A stretch of DNA of 35,551 nucleotides from Paludibacteraceae bacterium (GCA_963617725.1 CAVEQA010000002.1:1-35551), one strand, 5' to 3'; positions 17,444 through 26,416 are shown, numbered from the stretch's first letter. The notes: a model not told the origin generated them from the sequence alone. Made by a program: numbers and translations.

Positions 17444-18287
17444 ATTAAAAGCACCTGTCAATAAAATCATTCCTTTTTCCAATGTCGATGGGCCCGGAAA
17501 TAGGATGTCGATATTTTTTCAATCTTGTCCATTTAAATGTCTTTACTGCCATAACCCAGAAACCATTAATTACTGCATAAATTGTGGCGAGTGTATTAAA
17601 ACATGTCCTGTGAATGCTTTATCATTCAAGGATAAAAAAGTTATATGGAATCCTGAAATTTGCGTCAACTGCGATACATGCATTCATACATGTAAACATT
17701 TAGCTTCTCCAAAAATTACATATATGACAAGTGATGAGATCATCTCTAAAATTGCTGAAGTTCGACCATTTATCAGAGGAATCACTGTCAGTGGTGGTGA
17801 ATGCATGAATCAGGCTCCATTTCTTTTAGAATTGTTTAGAAAACTACGAAAAAAAGACCCGGAATTAGGCCTTTTGATCGATTCAAATGGATTTTGTGAT
17901 TATCAAGAATATGAAGAACTCATTTCCTTATCAGATGGAGTAATGCTCGATATTAAAGCTTTTGATAACAATTTTCATAAATATGTGTGTTCAGTTTCTA
18001 ATGAGATAGTGCTTAAGAACTTAAACTACCTTCTTAAAATTGATAAATTAGAAGAAGTGAGGACTGTTGTATTACCTAATAGAACTGAAGAGAATGAGTA
18101 CACAGTTACAAATGTCTCGAAGATTATTCAAGATAAATGCCGATATAAACTGTTGAAATACCGATATTTTGGAGTAAGAGATGAAGGTATCAACGCTTTT
18201 GGTAAAGTTATAACTTCTGATGAAGAAGTGCTCCGCCTTCAAAAGATTGCTTTGAATAACGGAGCTAGTAAGACAGTTATAATTTAG
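17433..18287 (+). CDS. yjjW: Glycyl-radical enzyme activating protein (radical SAM, YjjW type)
   Basis: CPFKCLYCHNPE radical-SAM CX3CX2C at 17526-17549, two ferredoxin-like motifs (CINCGECIKTCP and CVNCDTCIHTC), and VSGGE. The start overlaps the end of yjjI by 11 nt. Confidence 0.85.
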   Translation: MENELKAPVNKIIPFSNVDGPGNRMSIFFQSCPFKCLYCHNPETINYCINCGECIKTCPVNALSFKDKKVIWNPEICVNCDTCIHTCKHLASPKITYMTSDEIISKIAEVRPFIRGITVSGGECMNQAPFLLELFRKLRKKDPELGLLIDSNGFCDYQEYEELISLSDGVMLDIKAFDNNFHKYVCSVSNEIVLKNLNYLLKIDKLEEVRTVVLPNRTEENEYTVTNVSKIIQDKCRYKLLKYRYFGVRDEGINAFGKVITSDEEVLRLQKIALNNGASKTVII

Positions 18288-19651
18288 TTGACTCTCTTTT
18301 TGATAGTATTGATAACTTCTTCGTTGATTGGAGTATCAAATTCGATATAAGAACCTTTGCCCTCGATCTTTCTGATAGTGAGAGGTTGACCAAGATAATT
18401 CAATTTTATCTTGGTCTTTTTTTCCATTTTGGAAATTGAAAAACCTGCGTTTAAGAAATCATTTAAAACCTCTTCTTCTTGTTTCCAAACTTGAGAGATG
18501 TCTTCTTCATTCAAAAGGATATTGATAGGACGGATGAGCTTTTTATCTTTTCTTATCTTCATGGCTCCTTTATGAACTAAAGAAGCTGGGAAATAGGTTT
18601 TACCATTGTCATAAGAGATTTCTCTGACTCTTAAGATATTGTTTTCTGGTTGTCTTTCCATTTCAACTGAAAAATAGATATCTTTTTGATATTGAACGAA
18701 TGAGATCTTGCTATTTTTGATGATTTCTTCGATATATTTATCATCAGTGGTGTAGACTTCATCTTTGATGACATAGAGTTCTCCAGCTCTGAGCTCTGAG
18801 AAGGTGATATCGTTATTTAAAATGATGTCGGCGTTAGAACGAGATGGAAGAATTGTTCTATTGTAATCTTTGACGATATATTTGAAATAGAGATTGGTAG
18901 TAAAAGCTGTGCTTGCACTTGAAATCTTTGTATCTCTGATGATTCTTCTTAAGAATAATGATTTTGGATTGCCATCGATGAAATTTTTAATGGTATCGAT
19001 ATCTTTGAATTCATCAACAAAAGCATCATTTAGGGCATAGATACCTTCAACGATGATGCAATTGGTCTCTTTTCCATTTAAGATGACATCATTTTCAACT
19101 CTTTCAGAGACAATTTTTGAATACATCTTTTCCTTGACAGAATTTCCTTTTAATAGTTCTTTGATATCAAGGCTTGCTTCATGTAAATCGTAGACTGAGG
19201 TTTCATCAAAATTGACTCTTTTCCATTCGATATCTAAAGCAGAGATGAAACGGTCAAGCTTGTCTTCTGGAATCAAATCTTTGACAGCTTCTTTGATTTT
19301 CTTTAAAGCTTCGGCATCATATTTTTTATCAAAAGGAATGTCGTAGATGATGTCTTTGATTCTCTTTCTGATTTCAGCCATATTTTCTAAACTGTTATCG
19401 AAGAAATTTAGATTGACCTTATTAGGTACAATACCAGAAAGTCCGATGTCATATTGATCTAATGACATGGATATGATGTTGTATCCATTTGCTTCTAAGA
19501 GATGTTTTAAAAAGATAGATGCGTATGATTTACCGCTAGAAGAAGCTCCAGCGATGATGACAAGGGCTTTCTCATTTTTTTGAAGTGATTCTTCAATAAG
19601 ATCGAGATTAGCGTAACCCCATTTGTCTAAATGATGAAATGTGAATGACAT
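18284..19651 (-). CDS. Uridine-kinase/PRK-like P-loop kinase fused to a CYTH-like (triphosphate tunnel) domain
   Basis: N-terminal half: IIAGASSSGKSY (Walker A), IIVEGIYALND and LRRIIRD, as in Udk. C-terminal half: ILRVRE...LVHKG...KKTKIKL...IEGKGSYIEFD, which follows a CYTH beta-barrel pattern. Confidence 0.65.
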   Translation of the reverse strand: MSFTFHHLDKWGYANLDLIEESLQKNEKALVIIAGASSSGKSYASIFLKHLLEANGYNIISMSLDQYDIGLSGIVPNKVNLNFFDNSLENMAEIRKRIKDIIYDIPFDKKYDAEALKKIKEAVKDLIPEDKLDRFISALDIEWKRVNFDETSVYDLHEASLDIKELLKGNSVKEKMYSKIVSERVENDVILNGKETNCIIVEGIYALNDAFVDEFKDIDTIKNFIDGNPKSLFLRRIIRDTKISSASTAFTTNLYFKYIVKDYNRTILPSRSNADIILNNDITFSELRAGELYVIKDEVYTTDDKYIEEIIKNSKISFVQYQKDIYFSVEMERQPENNILRVREISYDNGKTYFPASLVHKGAMKIRKDKKLIRPINILLNEEDISQVWKQEEEVLNDFLNAGFSISKMEKKTKIKLNYLGQPLTIRKIEGKGSYIEFDTPINEEVINTIKKRVN

Positions 19652-19658
19652 AGTTACC

Positions 19659-20441
19659 TCATAAAGAAATCCAATTCAATAAGGATCCTGCAGTGTTATA
19701 AATCAATCTTCCGATGGAGAAATAACTTCCATCAGAGAGTTTTAAATCTTCTACTAACCAATCATTTAAGGTTGTATTGTTATTTTTAAGCATTATTTGA
19801 TTGACAAAAATGATGACTGCCATAATTGTCAATAATGTTAAACCAGTTTTAAAAATATATTTGACCATTCCGGCAATTCTTCCAAGAGCATTTTTTCCAT
19901 TCTCTCCAAAAACGAGACCGGAAATCTTTCCTAAGATGATTCTGACAAGCAAATAGGCGATGAGATAAAGAAGGATGAAACAAATAGCTAGGACTGTTAA
20001 GAAAGTAAAACTGGAAGCTAATGCCTCAGCAACTGATGAATCCAATATCAAAGCATGGCTTGTGAAAATACCTTGGGTGAAGGTTGGAAATTTCATCTCA
20101 GATAAGGCTTTTGACATCGCTTGATTTTTTTCTTGAACAGTGAGAGAAGACATGTTCAAAGAAAAAGCATCAGTGGTAGGAAGATTTTTATAATAAAGAT
20201 CAAAGATGAAATGATTTTCAATACCTCTGAGATTTACTAACTTTTGTCCTAATGGGATGCCACCGAAATAGGCAAGAGCAAGACCTGCATAATTAGCGAT
20301 GGCTTTCACAGTTCCTTTTCCAAAGCCTTTGAAAAATCCCCACAGCAATGATAGAGCAAGAAGTATCAAACAGATGATGTTTATCAGTGATAATCCGTTT
20401 TGATGAAAACTTGAAAAATCAAACAAAGCATTAACGCTCAT
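19659..20441 (-). CDS. CvpA-family integral membrane protein
   Basis: From the ATG at 20441 the protein starts MSVNALFDF...INIICLILLALSLLWGFFKGFGKG, a CvpA-like N-terminus, with 4-5 TM helices. The track start at 20528 would overlap the upstream DJ-1 gene by 98 nt. Confidence 0.6.
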   Translation of the reverse strand: MSVNALFDFSSFHQNGLSLINIICLILLALSLLWGFFKGFGKGTVKAIANYAGLALAYFGGIPLGQKLVNLRGIENHFIFDLYYKNLPTTDAFSLNMSSLTVQEKNQAMSKALSEMKFPTFTQGIFTSHALILDSSVAEALASSFTFLTVLAICFILLYLIAYLLVRIILGKISGLVFGENGKNALGRIAGMVKYIFKTGLTLLTIMAVIIFVNQIMLKNNNTTLNDWLVEDLKLSDGSYFSIGRLIYNTAGSLLNWISL

Positions 20442-20970
20442 AATATATTTCCTTTTTGAGTTTTTCGACAGCTTCATCTCCTTTGATAGCTCTGACAATT
20501 TCCAAAGCGAAATCGATAGTTGCAGCAACGCTTCTACCCGTTATCAAATTATTATCTCTGACAACATATTGGTCAAAGAAATTGCCACCGAAATCTTCAT
20601 TCATCGAGGTGAAACAGGTGTAATCTCTACCTTTTAATAATCCAAGATGGCCAAGGATGGTTGGAGCTGCACAGATAGCAGCTACATATTTATTTTCTTT
20701 CATGAAATATTTGACCATATTTAAAAAGTATTGATCTTTTTCTTCAACTAAGTATTCAGGACCTCCAGGGATTATCAAGGCATCATATTCAGTGAAATTT
20801 AATTCTTTTAAATTGACTAAATCTACCAATTGATTTTGATATCTACCCCTTGCTTTCGTATCATTTAATGATGCTACTGTGACATCTAAATTAGCTCTTC
20901 TTAGAATGGCGATAGTTCCTATTGCTTCGTTGTCTTCAAATCCATCAGTGATAACTGTGAGAATTTTCAT
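20431..20970 (-). CDS. DJ-1/PfpI family protein
   Basis: 179 aa with the nucleophile-elbow motif AAICAAP and ALIIPGG, the typical class I glutamine amidotransferase-like fold of the DJ-1/ThiJ family. Confidence 0.85.
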   Translation of the reverse strand: MKILTVITDGFEDNEAIGTIAILRRANLDVTVASLNDTKARGRYQNQLVDLVNLKELNFTEYDALIIPGGPEYLVEEKDQYFLNMVKYFMKENKYVAAICAAPTILGHLGLLKGRDYTCFTSMNEDFGGNFFDQYVVRDNNLITGRSVAATIDFALEIVRAIKGDEAVEKLKKEIYYER

Positions 20971-21045
20971 GTTTTTTTCTCCTTTAGCCGTATAATTTTA
21001 ACAAGTATATTATATAATATATCGATAAAAAATGGTGAAAACAAA

Positions 21046-22185
21046 ATGAATAGTATTGAAAAAGAATTAAAAAACATCAAAGGTTATTATTTCCCTTTTG
21101 AAGGTGAAAAACATTTAGCAACTCTCATCGAGCTTCCTTATAGAAAGGATACTTGGAGAGATAATGCCTCTAAAGCATTAGAAGAATATTTGAATGTCGT
21201 AAGAGCAATCAGCAAATACGAACTTGTTTGTGTGATTGTCGATCCGAGAATTTCTTATAAGGTAGTCGAGAAATTTGAAGGCGAGAATGTCTATTTCTTC
21301 CGTGAAAATTACAACGATAGTTGGGCTAGAGATATGACACCAGTATTTTTAAGAAATGATGAGACCAAACTTCTCTGCGGTGTTGATTATGGATTCAATG
21401 CCTGGGGCGGTAAATTCGATGGTTTATATCCGGATTATGAATACGACAATCAATTATCCAAAAATATTTTGATGGATTTAATGATTCCTCGTTTTGCAGA
21501 TAAAGATTTCATTCTTGAAGGCGGTTCTATCCATAGTGATGGTTTAGGAACTATTATGACAAGTGAATGCTGTCTTTTAAGCAAAGGTAGAAATCCTTCA
21601 TTATCAAAGAAAGAAATTGAAAAAGAATTGAAAAGAACTTTGAATGCTAAGAAGATTTTATGGCTTCCATACGGCATTTACGAAGATGAAACAAATGGTC
21701 ATATCGATAATATGGCTTGTTTTATTAAACCAGGTGTTGTCGCTCTTGCTTATACCGAAGATAAAGATGATCCTCAATATGAGATGTGTGTCGCTAATTA
21801 TAATTATTTATCAAAAGCTAAAGATGCAAATGGAAATCCTTTAGAGATAGTCAAAGTTATGCTTCCAAGTGTTCAATACATGACTAAAGAAGAAGCAGAA
21901 GGTTTAGAACTTGAAGAAGGTTCAACTCAAAGACTTGAAGGAAGAAGACTTGCAGCTAGTTATATCAATTTCTATATGGGAGAAAAATATGTAATTCTTC
22001 CTCAATTTGGAGATAAAAATGATGAAGTTGCATTAAAACAATTCCAAGCCTTATTCCCAGAGAAAGATATCATCCCTGTATATTCAAGAGAGATATTATT
22101 AGGTGGTGGCAATATCCACTGTATCACCAAACAAATTCCTTATTCTGAAAAATATTATATCGTTCCAAAAGAAGGAGATAAATAA
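21046..22185 (+). CDS. aguA: Agmatine deiminase
   Basis: 379 aa with DSWARD, EGGSIHSDG and GGGNIHCITKQ (catalytic Cys) motifs. Confidence 0.9.
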   Translation: MNSIEKELKNIKGYYFPFEGEKHLATLIELPYRKDTWRDNASKALEEYLNVVRAISKYELVCVIVDPRISYKVVEKFEGENVYFFRENYNDSWARDMTPVFLRNDETKLLCGVDYGFNAWGGKFDGLYPDYEYDNQLSKNILMDLMIPRFADKDFILEGGSIHSDGLGTIMTSECCLLSKGRNPSLSKKEIEKELKRTLNAKKILWLPYGIYEDETNGHIDNMACFIKPGVVALAYTEDKDDPQYEMCVANYNYLSKAKDANGNPLEIVKVMLPSVQYMTKEEAEGLELEEGSTQRLEGRRLAASYINFYMGEKYVILPQFGDKNDEVALKQFQALFPEKDIIPVYSREILLGGGNIHCITKQIPYSEKYYIVPKEGDK

Positions 22186-22186
22186 A

Positions 22187-23056
22187 ATGAGAAATGTAAC
22201 TTTAGCAGCTACTCAAATGGCATGCAGCCAAGATTATGATGAGAATATCAAGCATGCCACTGAGATGATCAAAAAAGCCAAAGAAAAAGGCGCTAATGTC
22301 GTCTTGCTTCAAGAATTATTTGAAAGAAATTATTTTTGTCAAATTGAAGATTATAAGAGATTTGATTTTGCTGAAGAATATAAAAATTCTAAAACTTTAA
22401 ATTATTTTGAAAAAGTTGCTAAAGAATATGATGTTGTATTACCAATTTCATTTTTTGAAAAACATGGTAATTGTTATTACAATTCTCTTTGCGTTATCGA
22501 TTCCGATGGTAAACGCCTTGGTTTATATCGTAAATCCCATATTCCAACTGGAGATAACTATGAAGAAAAATTTTATTTCACTCCTGGTGACACTGGATTT
22601 AAAGTCTTCCACTCTCATTATGGTAATGTGGGAATCGGAATTTGTTGGGATCAGTGGTTTTTAGAAACAGGAAGAATTCTAGCTTTAAAAGGTGCTGATT
22701 TTTTGATGTTTCCAACTGCAATCGGTAGTGAACCTGTTCTTCCGATTGATTCTATGCCGCACTGGAGAAATGCGATGGTTGGACAATCAGCTTTGAATAT
22801 CATGCCTTTAGTTGCTAGCAATAGAATCGGGATTGAAAAAGAAGAAAAATGTCAGATGAAATTCTATGGTTCTTCTTTTATCACCGATGAGACTGGTAGT
22901 ATTGTTGAATCAGCCTCTAGAGATAAAGAAGAAATCTTAGTTCATACCTTCGATCTTGACGCTTGTTATCAAAGAAGAAGGGATTGGGGTGTCTTTAGAG
23001 ATCGTAGAACTGATTTGTATTCACCGATTTTAAAAACTGATGATAGTGAGGATTAG
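22187..23056 (+). CDS. aguB: N-carbamoylputrescine amidase (CN-hydrolase/nitrilase superfamily)
   Basis: The ATG at 22187 lies 2 nt after the aguA stop, with GAAGGAG upstream. MRNVTLAATQMACS, LQELF, YRKSHIP and GIGICWDQWF (Glu-Lys-Cys triad context). Confidence 0.9.
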   Translation: MRNVTLAATQMACSQDYDENIKHATEMIKKAKEKGANVVLLQELFERNYFCQIEDYKRFDFAEEYKNSKTLNYFEKVAKEYDVVLPISFFEKHGNCYYNSLCVIDSDGKRLGLYRKSHIPTGDNYEEKFYFTPGDTGFKVFHSHYGNVGIGICWDQWFLETGRILALKGADFLMFPTAIGSEPVLPIDSMPHWRNAMVGQSALNIMPLVASNRIGIEKEEKCQMKFYGSSFITDETGSIVESASRDKEEILVHTFDLDACYQRRRDWGVFRDRRTDLYSPILKTDDSED

Positions 23057-23058
23057 TT

Positions 23059-23841
23059 ATGAGATTGATGTCTTTTAATATGAATTCTATCCGTGCCTAT
23101 TTGAAAAAGGATTTGACAAGTCAATGGACTTCATATTCTCCTGATATTTTAGGCATTGAAGAATTGAAATTGACTGAAAAAAGTCACGATGATTTTCCTC
23201 TTTCTTTAGATGGCATGGAACCTTATTGGACCGTATCTAAGGTAAAAAAAGGATATGCAGGAACTGCAGTTTTAACCAAGATAAAACCGATTTCTATTCA
23301 ATACGGTCTTAAAGATGGAAAATATGACGATGAAGGAAGAGTTATCATCATGGAATTTGATAAGTTCTATTTTGTTGAACTATATGTTCCAAATAGCGGT
23401 GAAAATCCTTCGAAAAATGAAAAACCGAAAAGACTATCATATCGTATGACTTTCGAAGATGATTTAAGAAATGAACTTTGTGAATTGAAAAAGAAAAAGC
23501 CAGTGATTGTCACTGGTGATTTGAATGTCGCTCATAATGAGATTGATTTAAAACATCCAGAGACCAATCATTTATCGGCTGGCTTCACTGATGAAGAAAG
23601 AAATGCATTTTCTAAATTGTTAGAATGCGGATTTGTCGACACTTTTAGATATTTGCATCCAAGTGATGTCAAATATTCATATTGGAGTTATAGATTCCAC
23701 GCTAGAGAAAATAATGCTGGTTGGAGACTTGATTATTTTTTAGTCAGTGAAGATATCATTACTAAAGTCAAAGATTCTCAAATTTTAAATGATGTTTATG
23801 GTTCTGATCACTGTCCTGTTTTGTTGGATATTGATTTATAA
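23059..23841 (+). CDS. xth: Exodeoxyribonuclease III (AP endonuclease)
   Basis: 260 aa with MRLMSFNMNSIRA, GDLNVAHNEIDL, WRLDYFL and GSDHCPV motifs. Confidence 0.9.
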   Translation: MRLMSFNMNSIRAYLKKDLTSQWTSYSPDILGIEELKLTEKSHDDFPLSLDGMEPYWTVSKVKKGYAGTAVLTKIKPISIQYGLKDGKYDDEGRVIIMEFDKFYFVELYVPNSGENPSKNEKPKRLSYRMTFEDDLRNELCELKKKKPVIVTGDLNVAHNEIDLKHPETNHLSAGFTDEERNAFSKLLECGFVDTFRYLHPSDVKYSYWSYRFHARENNAGWRLDYFLVSEDIITKVKDSQILNDVYGSDHCPVLLDIDL

Positions 23842-23940
23842 AAATAATTTTTTACTAGTAATTTAAAAGTGATTTCTATATAATAACTTAGAAATTGATG
23901 TTTTTTACATTTAATAATAAAAAGAAGAGGTGTATTTATA

Positions 23941-25680
23941 ATGGCGAATCAACCAAACAATTATTTTGTGACCGATATTGGAGATTATCCAATTAAAATC
24001 TTAGCTTTAGGCGGTCTTGATGAAATGGGAAAAAACTGCTATGTTATCGAAATCGATAATGATGCTTTTATCATCGAAGCCGGTCTTAAATATCCAACTA
24101 GAAACATTCCTGGTGTCGATATCATCATCCCTGATTTTGATTATTTGAGAACCATTCAAAACAAAGTCAGAGGTATCATCATCACTCACGGTCATGATGA
24201 TCAATATGGTGCTTTACCATATTTGTTAAATATCGTCAAAGCTCCAATCATCGCAACTAAGACGACAATCGCGATTATTAAATCAAATTATCCAAAGAAT
24301 AAGAATATCGAAAAAGCTCAGTTTGTCGAAGTAAAACCATCAAGTCATGTTGAAATTTCAAAACATGTCTTTGAATTATTTCAAACATCTCACAGTGTTG
24401 CTGAATCCTTTGGGTTTGCTTTGAAAACACGTTTTGGAAATATTGTTTATACATCTGACTACATCACTGATTATTCTCCTTTGAGAGGTTTCCAATTCGA
24501 TCTTCCAAAGGTTGCTAGATTATCAGAAACTGATAAAACATTCTTATTACTCACTGAATCTGAATCTGCCGATAAACCAGGTATCTCAAGTCCAAATCAT
24601 AAGATTTCTGATATTTTAAAAGAAGAAATTGAAGGAATGAAAGGAAAGATGTTTATCTCCGTTTATAACCAAAATTTCTACAATATTCAAGAAATTATCA
24701 ATGTATGTAAGAGATATCACAAATACATTGTCATCGCAGATCCAGAACAAATTCCTTTCTTTGAGGATATGGCTCAAATCGGTGATATTGCAATTCCTAG
24801 TGAGATGTTAGTTTCACTTCACGATATCAATAAAATTGCTCCAACTGATTTAGTCATCTTAGTCACCGGTAGCGGTGAAAAATTATTCAGATATTGCAAA
24901 GAAATCTGTTACGGCAATGTCAAGAATATCAAAGTTGAAACTAATGATACTTGGATCAATGCTGCTCCTAGTGTTCCTGGAACTGAAATCATTCATACCG
25001 ATGCTTGTGATACGATGTATCGTACCGATTGTCATGTTGTCAATTTGACAAGAAAAGAAATCTCTTCGATGCACGCCCAACAAGAAGATTTGAAGATGAT
25101 GTTATCTCTTATGAGACCAAAATACTATATGCCAGTCAAAGGTGAATATAGACTTCTTATGGCCAATGCTCAAATCGCTATGAATCTTGGTATCGGATTA
25201 AATCACTCCAACTGTTTTGTCTTCGATAATGGTATGGCCTTATGCTTTGATAAAGATGGAAAACCAGTCAACAAAATCTCCACTGTCAAAAATGGCGATG
25301 TCATGGTTGATGGTGCAAGTGTTGGTGAAGTTAAAGAAGCCGCTATTGAAGAAAGACAGAAGATGGCAGATGGTGGTGTCATCTTGATCGGCAGTGCTAT
25401 TTCTTCTAAGAGAAAGATGATAGTCTCCAATACCGATATTCAGATGAGAGGATTTGTCTATGTCAAAGATTCTCAACCGATAGTCGACCAATTGAATTCA
25501 ATATTCAACGCTGGTATCCAAAGCTATTTCAATGCTGGTAAGAAATTATCACTAGTTGAATGTGAAAAGAAAATCAGTGAAAAATGCGGTAAGGTCTTAG
25601 CTAAGACCACTCAAAAAGAACCGAGAGTCGTTGTTAAAATCATCGATGTCGATTCTTTAGTTGAAATTGACCCTAGATAA
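23941..25680 (+). CDS. rnj: Ribonuclease J homolog (beta-CASP metallo-beta-lactamase) with substituted metal ligands
   Basis: 579 aa with the opening IKILALGGLDEMGKNCY and overall RNase J layout. Motif II reads HGHDDQ instead of HGHEDH, and PVKGEY replaces PxHGEY. Confidence 0.85.
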   Translation: MANQPNNYFVTDIGDYPIKILALGGLDEMGKNCYVIEIDNDAFIIEAGLKYPTRNIPGVDIIIPDFDYLRTIQNKVRGIIITHGHDDQYGALPYLLNIVKAPIIATKTTIAIIKSNYPKNKNIEKAQFVEVKPSSHVEISKHVFELFQTSHSVAESFGFALKTRFGNIVYTSDYITDYSPLRGFQFDLPKVARLSETDKTFLLLTESESADKPGISSPNHKISDILKEEIEGMKGKMFISVYNQNFYNIQEIINVCKRYHKYIVIADPEQIPFFEDMAQIGDIAIPSEMLVSLHDINKIAPTDLVILVTGSGEKLFRYCKEICYGNVKNIKVETNDTWINAAPSVPGTEIIHTDACDTMYRTDCHVVNLTRKEISSMHAQQEDLKMMLSLMRPKYYMPVKGEYRLLMANAQIAMNLGIGLNHSNCFVFDNGMALCFDKDGKPVNKISTVKNGDVMVDGASVGEVKEAAIEERQKMADGGVILIGSAISSKRKMIVSNTDIQMRGFVYVKDSQPIVDQLNSIFNAGIQSYFNAGKKLSLVECEKKISEKCGKVLAKTTQKEPRVVVKIIDVDSLVEIDPR

Positions 25681-25684
25681 AAAA

Positions 25685-25714
25685 ACATGTGTAGGAAGTC
25701 CTACACATGTTTTT
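25685..25714. terminator. Bidirectional intrinsic terminator between rnj and deoC
   Basis: The 11-bp stem acatgtgtagg (25685-25695) pairs with cctacacatgt (25700-25710). An A-run lies upstream and a T-run downstream. Confidence 0.8.
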
Positions 25715-25721
25715 AGTTTTG

Positions 25722-26360
25722 TTATTTTACTAAATCGACACCGTGACTTGTTCCGATACGGGTAGCACCAGCTTCAACCATTGCGATTAAATCTTCCTTG
25801 GTTTTGACGCCTCCGCTAGCTTTGACTCCCATTTCAGGACCGACAGTTTCTCTCATGAGTTTGATATCTGCAACTGTTGCTCCACCTTTTGAAAAACCAG
25901 TTGAAGTTTTAACAAAGTCAGCTTTAGCTTCTTTTGCTAATTTGCAAACTCTGACTTTTTCTTCATCAGTTAAAAGGCAGGTTTCGATGATAACTTTTAA
26001 TACTTTATCACCAGCGACATTCTTAAGTTCTGCGATTTCGTTTTTTACATATTCATCATCGTGATCTTTTAATCTTCCGATGTTGATGACCATATCAAGT
26101 TCATCAGCTCCTTCATATAATGAATATTTGGCTTCGCTGATTTTGCTTGCCATCATCGTAGCTCCAAGAGGAAATCCGATGACAGTGCAAACTTTGACAT
26201 CACTTCCTTTCAATTGTTCTTTGCAGTATCTGATCCAAGAAGGATTGACACAGACAGAAGCGAAATTGTATTGTTTGGCTTCATCACAAATTTTTTTGAT
26301 CTGTTCTTTAGTGGCATCAGGTGCTAATAAAGTGTGATCGATTAAACGATTGTATTCCAT
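25722..26360 (-). CDS. deoC: Deoxyribose-phosphate aldolase
   Basis: 212 aa with IDHTLL, SVCVNP and [10 protein letters not shown] (Schiff-base Lys context) motifs. Confidence 0.95.
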   Translation of the reverse strand: MEYNRLIDHTLLAPDATKEQIKKICDEAKQYNFASVCVNPSWIRYCKEQLKGSDVKVCTVIGFPLGATMMASKISEAKYSLYEGADELDMVINIGRLKDHDDEYVKNEIAELKNVAGDKVLKVIIETCLLTDEEKVRVCKLAKEAKADFVKTSTGFSKGGATVADIKLMRETVGPEMGVKASGGVKTKEDLIAMVEAGATRIGTSHGVDLVK

Positions 26361-26416
26361 TTTATATACCTCGATAATTATTGTATCATTTCAAAAGTTT
26401 AAATTGTTAAAAACTA

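Noticed and set aside
14133-18290. A genomic island integrated at tRNA-Glu
   Set aside because: The location next to a tRNA pair and the long AT-rich spacer are suggestive. However, I found no integrase or recombinase gene and no direct repeat of the tRNA 3' end. The right edge is an overlapping stop codon with a core-like operon. I mention it only as context in the GRE finding.
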